From an uncultured bacterium (GTDB lineage Bacteria > JAGOEH01), in contig CAZWDO010000008.1 of NCBI GenBank assembly GCA_964632485.1, positions 1 to 64,000 of the forward strand: a stretch of DNA of 64,000 bases, given 5' to 3'. A model generated the notes under the pieces. That model was not told the DNA's origin. It worked only from the letters and a program-made list of their open reading frames with translations, and did not search any database. Below are positions 57,571 to 64,000 of this stretch, one piece after another. Made by a program: the position numbers and the translations under genes. Position 1 is the first letter of the stretch. Each line of letters opens with the position of its first letter.

Positions 57571-59457
57571 ATGCGAAACATTATGATATATATTGGAACC
57601 ATTTTATTTTGGGGGATTGTTGCCACTTCTGGAAAAGAGATGCGGGGCGTATGGATTCCCGATATCGGTTCGTCGATTTACGATAGCAAGGAAAATATCG
57701 CCCACGGGATTGATTCATTGCGGGCATACGGTATTAATACGGTTTTTGTGGGAGTGTGCGGAAATGGCTACACGTTTTATCCAAGTGACGTCATGGAATC
57801 GGTTACCGGTTATCCTATTTATCCAGCCTACCAGAACCGCGATATCCTGGCTGAGTTTATTGCAGAATCCCATCGGGTGGGTATCGAAGTGCATGCCTGG
57901 TTTGAATATGGATTTGCTGCCGCTTATGGCGGGGCGGGACCCATCCTCCAATACAATCCGGCTTGGGCGGGTAAGCGCTTATCGACGGGTAGTTATATGT
58001 GCGACGACAATTTTTCCTGGATGAGCCAGGCCCATCCTGAAGTTCAGGAGTTCCTACTGGATTTGATTCTGGAAATTGTCGATCGCTATGATGTGGACGG
58101 TATCCATCTGGACCGGATTCGCTATGGCAATCGCAAGGTGAACAATAATATGACCTATTCCGATTTTGGATATGACGATGCCCATCTCGAACGGTACCGG
58201 GCAGAACATGATGGGCAGGATCCACCCGCCAATCCGGCAGATAACAATTGGGTCCAGTGGAGGTCTCAAGTCGTCAATCAGTTTTCAAAAATAGTCTATG
58301 ATTCAGTTAAAGCCCGTAATCCTTATTTGCAGGTTTCGAATACTCCTATTGTTTACCCGTATGGCTATCAAAATTTTATGCAGGATTGGCCTCAATGGAT
58401 TCGCGATCAATCGATAGATTTTGTTGTTCCTCAGTTTTATCGCTATGATATTAATTCTTATATCAATGAATTGAACCGTCTCTATTCCCAACATCTGATC
58501 AGCGCTGATTATAAAGGAGTTTTTTCAGGAATTTTATTGGGTGAGGGATCCAACCCGGTTTATAATCAGGCTCTGGCGGCGGATTTTGTAAAAGAGTACC
58601 GTAAACGGGGTTTTGAAGGGGGAGTATTTTTTTATTATGAAGGTGTGCGGCGTTTGGGACCAGAGTTGAAAGCCGAAGTTTTTCAGGAATGGGATGAACC
58701 GCCATTCAGATCGTTCACCTGGCGTCCTCCCGCGTTTATTGTCGACGAAAACAGCGCAATACTTGAAGGGAACTGGTCGACTCTGGCCGCTTCCGGGTCC
58801 GCCGGTTACTACAGTTACGATGGTTGCCTGCTGACAACTCAGGGTACATATTCCGCCGCCATTACGTATGAACTGGACGTTGCGATTCCCGCCTATTATG
58901 ACCTTTATTTCTATCAACCCTATCATAATTCTCTGGTCGCGAATTTAACGATTCAATGCGGTCCCTGGTTGGACCAAACCACTGTGATTCATGAAAATAC
59001 GTCCACTCATCGCGGTTGGATCCATCTGGGAACCTTTTTATTAAATCAGGGACGACAAACCCTGGCCCGCATCAGTTCGCAGGGTGTGCCTGCTTCCCAG
59101 GTTCTGGCAGTGGATAATATGATGGTGGCGATTAATCGCCAATTCAGTCCCGATGTAGTTTCTATCGATGGCGCTTCAACCGATATCCCCGTTCAAATGC
59201 CCCTGGAAATGATCTGTTTCCCAAATCCAGCGGTTGACTTTCTGCATCTCAAGCTTCGTATTCCCTATTGCGGAATCTACTCTCTGGATTGTTACGATAT
59301 TTCCGGACGTCACGTCTTCGGTTCATCGATTCCCAGTTCGCAGGAATTGATGGAATGGACAGTGAAACTCGATTCTGAGTTGGGAAATGGCATCTATTTT
59401 TTAAGAGTACATGGCGCCGGTCTGACGAAATCCGGAAAATTTGTTCGTCTGAAATAA
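57571..59457 (+). CDS. GHL10-family glycoside hydrolase with CBM-like domain and T9SS CTD
   Basis: EMRGVW, EVHAWFEYG, HPEVQEF, YDVDGIHLD, QDWPQW, PQFYR; C-terminal FPNP...YDISGR...GIYFLR...KFVRLK. Confidence 0.85.
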   Translation: MRNIMIYIGTILFWGIVATSGKEMRGVWIPDIGSSIYDSKENIAHGIDSLRAYGINTVFVGVCGNGYTFYPSDVMESVTGYPIYPAYQNRDILAEFIAESHRVGIEVHAWFEYGFAAAYGGAGPILQYNPAWAGKRLSTGSYMCDDNFSWMSQAHPEVQEFLLDLILEIVDRYDVDGIHLDRIRYGNRKVNNNMTYSDFGYDDAHLERYRAEHDGQDPPANPADNNWVQWRSQVVNQFSKIVYDSVKARNPYLQVSNTPIVYPYGYQNFMQDWPQWIRDQSIDFVVPQFYRYDINSYINELNRLYSQHLISADYKGVFSGILLGEGSNPVYNQALAADFVKEYRKRGFEGGVFFYYEGVRRLGPELKAEVFQEWDEPPFRSFTWRPPAFIVDENSAILEGNWSTLAASGSAGYYSYDGCLLTTQGTYSAAITYELDVAIPAYYDLYFYQPYHNSLVANLTIQCGPWLDQTTVIHENTSTHRGWIHLGTFLLNQGRQTLARISSQGVPASQVLAVDNMMVAINRQFSPDVVSIDGASTDIPVQMPLEMICFPNPAVDFLHLKLRIPYCGIYSLDCYDISGRHVFGSSIPSSQELMEWTVKLDSELGNGIYFLRVHGAGLTKSGKFVRLK

Positions 59458-59601
59458 TTGGTTTTTTAATTTATTTTACAATCCCTTAAATGCGAGGAGG
59501 TTCTCTATTGATTGATCGCTCCGCTTATTGAAAACGGCGCTGAAGAATATCCAGCAGCGGATCGACGTTAACCTTTAATTCTATTACTCAAAGGAGTTCG
59601 T

Positions 59602-60150
59602 ATGCGAAACATTTTCCAACTCTCATTAATGGTCATGATTTTTTTCGGTTCCCTGGCGGCTGAAAGTTTCCCTCCCCAGTATCGCGCGGGGGAATCCAAT
59701 CTGGTTTTGAACGGTATCGGATTACGAAAAAAAATGTTCTTCAAAATTTATCAGGCGGGTCTTTATTTACCTAAAAAAAGCCAGAATTTCCGTCAGATTA
59801 TCCAGGCTGATGAACCGATGATCATCCGCATGGTTTTTATTTATGATGAAGTAGAGAAGGAAAAGTTGATCGGTGCCTGGAATGAGGGTTTTGAAAAATC
59901 TACTGATGGAAAAACAACGCCCTTGAAGCCGTCTATCGACCAATTCAATGCCTGTTTTTCCCGATCGGCTTTTAAAGATGATGTATATGATTTAATATAC
60001 CTGCCCCAGGAGGGAGTGAAGGTCATCATGAATGATACATTGAAAGCGACGATTCCCGGCCTGAATTTTAAAAAAGCCTTATGGGGTATCTGGTTGGGGG
60101 ATAAACCGGTAGAAAATAACTTGAAAGAAGGAATGTTGGACGTGGATTAA
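59602..60150 (+). CDS. Chalcone-isomerase-like periplasmic protein
   Basis: LVLNGIGLRKKMFFKIYQAGLYL...FKKALWGIWLGDKP..NLKEGML. Confidence 0.88.
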   Translation: MRNIFQLSLMVMIFFGSLAAESFPPQYRAGESNLVLNGIGLRKKMFFKIYQAGLYLPKKSQNFRQIIQADEPMIIRMVFIYDEVEKEKLIGAWNEGFEKSTDGKTTPLKPSIDQFNACFSRSAFKDDVYDLIYLPQEGVKVIMNDTLKATIPGLNFKKALWGIWLGDKPVENNLKEGMLDVD

Positions 60151-60306
60151 TGCCGTTATGTCTCTTGAATCTCTTTCCTTTCCAGGAAATGAGGGTTTGG
60201 CAGGCTATATATTTTTTGGAAAAGCGATAGTTTATGAAAAAAAATGAAACTTTAGAATTCAATATACGTATAAGAAACAGTTTAACACTAACTGTAAGGA
60301 GGACCC

Positions 60307-62232
60307 GTGAGAAATGTGAAACTCTGTATCGATTGTTTGATGTTCGTCATCGTTTTTAGCTCGTTGAATTGGGCTCAATCCGGCAAGTCGTCGGCTATTC
60401 CTGATTTTTCCAATATTCCGCGAAAGGATATTCCGGTCGAATATACCTGGCGGATCGAGGATATCTATGCGGATATGGATGCCTGGAACAGCGATAAAAA
60501 AGCGGCTGAAGTTCTGATCGCCCAATTGGACGACAAGGCAAAAGGCTGGACTGAATCCACTGGCGCTATGTTGGCCTTTTTGGAGCTGAAAAATGAAATC
60601 AGTTTAAAATTGTATATGCTGTATAGTTATGTTTACAGTCAGAGCAATATGGACTTGGGCAATACCGAGTGGCAGAGTCTGAAAGGCGATATCCGCACGG
60701 TACTGGTCAATCTGAATACGAAGCTGGCTTTTGTGAATAATGATATTTTAGCGCTGGGCCAGGAAAAGTTCGATACTTATCTCAAGAGTGAGCCGAAACT
60801 CGAGCCCTATCGGTTTTCAATTGCGGAAGTCTTGCGTAGCCAATCGCATATTTTGCCTGAAGAACAGCAGCAAATCGTTTCGATGACCGGATTATTTACG
60901 ACGGGTTTCGATCAGGCCGCCGGTATTTTGCGCGATGTTGAAATACCGTCCGTTGAATTAACTCTGCCCGATAAAACGACCATTCTCTTGAATTATGCCA
61001 ATTATAGTATGCTGCGCGCATCAAAGGATCAAACCGTACGCATGCAATCCATGAAGGCCTATTTCGAAAATATGAAGAAATTTGAAAATACGCTGGCAAC
61101 CTTGCTGGATTCAGAAATGAAATCGCAGTTTTTTCAGGCAAAATCCCGCAAATACGAAGATTGTCTCGCAGCCCGTCTTTTTGGCGATAACATCGATCCA
61201 TCAGTTTATTATAATTTGATTTCGGTCGTCAAGGAAAATTTGGCGCCTTTGCACCGCTATGTTGCCTTGAAACAGAAAATGCTGAAATTGGATTCCTGTC
61301 ATTATTATGATCTCTATGCATCCTCTGTTAAATCCGTAAATAAGGTGTATCCCTGGTCAGATGCAAGCCAGATAATTCTTGGGGCATTGAAACCGTTGGG
61401 TGACGATTATCAAAAAGGTCTGCAGCGCGCTTTCGGCGAACGCTGGATCGACGTCTATCCCAATAAGGGAAAGGAAACGGGCGCCTATTCTATGGGTGTT
61501 TATGGCGTCCATCCCTATATTAAAATGAATTATGACGGAACCTACAGCAATCTGTCAACCCTGGCGCATGAACTGGGTCATACCATGCATTCCTGGTATT
61601 CCAGCCAGGCTCAACCTTACGTCAATTCCGATTATGCTACGTTTCTGGCGGAAATTGCTTCCACTTTTAATGAAAATCTGCTGATGGATTATCTTTTAAA
61701 AAGCGAAAAAGATGATTTATTCAAACTTTATATCATGGATAACTATCTTGAACGCGTTCGGGCAACAATTTTCCGCCAGGTTATGTTTTCGGAATTTGAA
61801 TTAAATATGCATCAAATGGTAGAACAGGGCCAGACTCTAACGGCTGATTGGCTGAATAATCGGTATTTGGAATTGACCCGCGAGTATTATGGACATAGTA
61901 AGGGCTTGGTTGATGTGGGTGAATACATTCAGAATGAGTGGAGCGTTATTCCCCATTTTTATTTAAATTATTATGTGTTTCAATATAGCACAGGGATCAT
62001 TGCCTCCATGGCCCTGACCGATCAGGTGTTGAAAAAAGGCAAACCCGCGCAGGAAAGCTATTTGACGTTTTTAAAAGCCGGCGGAAGCGATCACCCCATT
62101 GAGATTCTTAAACGCGCTGGGGTCGATATGACAAAACCGGAACCCTATCATGCCGCTCTCAAACGGATTGATACGATGGTTGGCGAGATGGAAAAAATTG
62201 TGGCTCGCTTAGAAAAAGCCGGAAAAATTTAA
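60307..62232 (+). CDS. pepF: Oligoendopeptidase F (M3B), with signal peptide
   Basis: RWIDVYPNKGKETGAYS, HPYI, LAHELGHTMH, AEIASTFNE, IPHFY.NYYVFQYSTG. Confidence 0.92.
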   Translation: MRNVKLCIDCLMFVIVFSSLNWAQSGKSSAIPDFSNIPRKDIPVEYTWRIEDIYADMDAWNSDKKAAEVLIAQLDDKAKGWTESTGAMLAFLELKNEISLKLYMLYSYVYSQSNMDLGNTEWQSLKGDIRTVLVNLNTKLAFVNNDILALGQEKFDTYLKSEPKLEPYRFSIAEVLRSQSHILPEEQQQIVSMTGLFTTGFDQAAGILRDVEIPSVELTLPDKTTILLNYANYSMLRASKDQTVRMQSMKAYFENMKKFENTLATLLDSEMKSQFFQAKSRKYEDCLAARLFGDNIDPSVYYNLISVVKENLAPLHRYVALKQKMLKLDSCHYYDLYASSVKSVNKVYPWSDASQIILGALKPLGDDYQKGLQRAFGERWIDVYPNKGKETGAYSMGVYGVHPYIKMNYDGTYSNLSTLAHELGHTMHSWYSSQAQPYVNSDYATFLAEIASTFNENLLMDYLLKSEKDDLFKLYIMDNYLERVRATIFRQVMFSEFELNMHQMVEQGQTLTADWLNNRYLELTREYYGHSKGLVDVGEYIQNEWSVIPHFYLNYYVFQYSTGIIASMALTDQVLKKGKPAQESYLTFLKAGGSDHPIEILKRAGVDMTKPEPYHAALKRIDTMVGEMEKIVARLEKAGKI

Positions 62233-62251
62233 ACGCTGGGTAATTTCTGTC

Positions 62252-62285
62252 AGGCGGATGGAATTTGTTTCATCCGCCTTTTTTT
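62252..62285 (+). terminator. Intrinsic terminator after pepF
   Basis: AGGCGGATGGAA...TTTCATCCGCCT followed by a T-run. Confidence 0.85.
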
Positions 62286-62535
62286 ATTTATCCTTTTTTT
62301 TAACTTGACAATTAAATTAAATCAATTATATTTTTTCTATGGATCAAGTGGCAGACTCGATGACCTCTCTCATCCTGAATAATACTGATGCTAAAAACGA
62401 TTAATCGTCATTTCCGGCATAATACCGGGCCTGAAACATGCGGGACGAATCTATCGGCCGCAGTTGTATAATCATTAAAAGTAGATGCATGGTTATTGAT
62501 GATAATGAAAATGAAAACTAAAAAAGGAAACCAAG

Positions 62536-64000
62536 ATGAATTTTGATGTGTGTTGGGATTCGCTATTCCCTCAATGGGAAACCACTCCGGATGCTTATCG
62601 CCGTTCAGTTCCTTTGAATCAACGGGAATATTTAATAAACGGCGAGATTAAACAATGGCAGGGGCCTTTTCAGGATGTGCATTCCCCCATCTATATTCGT
62701 AATCATGAGGGACAGGCAGAACCTTTCTATCTCGGCAGTTACCCGTTGCTATCAGTGAATGAGGCGATGATGGCCCTGGATAGCGCTGTTAAAGCTTTTA
62801 ACCAGGGACGTGGAAAATGGCCGACGATGCCGGTGGAAGCCCGGTTGGAACGTCTTCAAACATTTATTGCTTTAATGAAAGAAAAACGTTCGGAAGTGGT
62901 CAATCTTCTAATGTGGGAAATCGGTAAAAATTTGAAAGACGCGGAGAAAGAGTTCGATCGGACTGTATTGTACCTACTGGATACGATTGAGGCAGTTAAG
63001 GAGTTGGACCGGGTATCCTCGCATTTTACGATAGAACAAGGGATTATTGCGCAAATCCGACGAGCGCCATTAGGTGTCACACTTTGCATGGGACCTTATA
63101 ATTATCCGTTGAACGAAACCTTTACGACCATGATCCCGGCCCTGATCATGGGCAATACGGTGGTATTTAAACCCCCTAAATATGGTGTCTTGCTGCATTA
63201 CCCCTTGTTGGAACTATTTCGCGACGCTTTCCCTGCCGGAGTCGTTAATACGGTATATGGAGAGGGTCGGGTCGTTATTCCTCCCATGATCGCTTCCGGT
63301 AATATTGATGTGTTGGCATTTATCGGATCCAGCCCGGTTGCCGATAGTATCAAAAAGCAGCATCCTAAACCCCATCGACTCCGATCGGTGTTAGGATTGG
63401 AAGCCAAGAATCCCGCTATTATTTTAGCGGATGCCGATCTGGGACTGGCGGTTGACGAAACGGTTCTGGGGTCTTTATCTTTTAATGGACAACGATGTAC
63501 GGCGTTGAAAATTGTGTTTGCGCATGAAGATATTGTTCAGGAATTTTTAGACCGTTTTTGCGCGGCAGTGGATACTCTAACCTTTGGCATGCCCTGGGAT
63601 AATCCATTTTTGACACCATTGCCTGAACGGGGCAAATGTGATTATCTGCGGGATTTAGTCGTTGATGCTCAAAATCATGGGGCGCGTATTTTGAACCGCT
63701 ATGGGGCAAAGGAGCAGCATTCATTTTTTTATCCAGCGGTTTTGTTTCCGGTTAATTCGCAGATGAAAATTTTTCATGAAGAACAATTCGGGCCTATTGT
63801 TCCAATCGTTCCATTTCGTGATTTGGAAGAGCCCATCGAATATATGCTCAATTCCAATTACGGTCAGCAAGTCAGTATTTTTGGCGCCGATTCGGAGACG
63901 ATTGCCCGTTTAATCGATCCGATGGTCAATCAGGTTTGCCGGGTGAATATCAATTCACAATGTCAGCGGGGACCCGATACGTTTCCATTTACCGGACGGA
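62536..64000 (+). CDS. gapN: NADP-dependent non-phosphorylating glyceraldehyde-3-phosphate dehydrogenase (ALDH family), 3'-truncated by the window edge and absent from the ORF track
   Basis: Manual translation from ATG 62536 (SD AAGGA): LLMWEIGK..EKEFDRT, MGPYNYPLNET, FKPPKYG, FIGSS, LGLEAKNP, SFNGQRCTA, EEQFGP. Confidence 0.85.
   Translation, partial: MNFDVCWDSLFPQWETTPDAYRRSVPLNQREYLINGEIKQWQGPFQDVHSPIYIRNHEGQAEPFYLGSYPLLSVNEAMMALDSAVKAFNQGRGKWPTMPVEARLERLQTFIALMKEKRSEVVNLLMWEIGKNLKDAEKEFDRTVLYLLDTIEAVKELDRVSSHFTIEQGIIAQIRRAPLGVTLCMGPYNYPLNETFTTMIPALIMGNTVVFKPPKYGVLLHYPLLELFRDAFPAGVVNTVYGEGRVVIPPMIASGNIDVLAFIGSSPVADSIKKQHPKPHRLRSVLGLEAKNPAIILADADLGLAVDETVLGSLSFNGQRCTALKIVFAHEDIVQEFLDRFCAAVDTLTFGMPWDNPFLTPLPERGKCDYLRDLVVDAQNHGARILNRYGAKEQHSFFYPAVLFPVNSQMKIFHEEQFGPIVPIVPFRDLEEPIEYMLNSNYGQQVSIFGADSETIARLIDPMVNQVCRVNINSQCQRGPDTFPFTGR

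Noticed and set aside
62286-62535. Riboswitch or leader peptide in the roughly 200-nt gapN leader
   Set aside because: No recognisable motif or convincing structure; only a 21-codon ORF with no support.

Overview
A 64 kb chromosomal window, probably from a scaffolded or metagenome-assembled genome (two 10-N gaps). Gene content suggests an FCB-superphylum bacterium outside the Bacteroidota (KSB1/Calditrichota-like): many secreted proteins with T9SS/FlgD-type C-terminal domains, TonB-dependent receptors, a PorV/PorQ-like barrel and consensus TTGACA promoters. The taxonomy is inference. Most of the window is envelope, carbohydrate and housekeeping genes: two GHL10 hydrolases, a periplasmic-propeller kinase/diguanylate cyclase hybrid, bcp, an MsbA-like exporter, FadL plus a GDSL lipase, khpA, copA, a ROK-regulated PUL-like cluster, pepF and a partial gapN. 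The standout is a 4.6 kb locus (486-5084). It encodes two paralogous, very long Cys-rich repeat proteins (16 and 31 Cys, almost all as CxxG) that share a RiPP-type MKKxYxxPEI leader. Each sits beside an HPr-kinase-like P-loop paralog, and a YkgJ-like Cys-cluster protein lies alongside. There is no RRE/PqqD, radical SAM/SPASM enzyme, protease or transporter next to them, and three of the genes have promoters that predict leaderless mRNAs. It looks like a giant-precursor RiPP-like (SynChlorMet-related) or poly-Cys metal-binding system. Also notable: an orphan cas6 with no array, a CheY-like receiver fused to an NrtA/CmpA-like binding domain, two genes broken by single in-frame stops, and a cryptic gene remnant. 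I recognised no rRNA, tRNA, CRISPR array or transposase.
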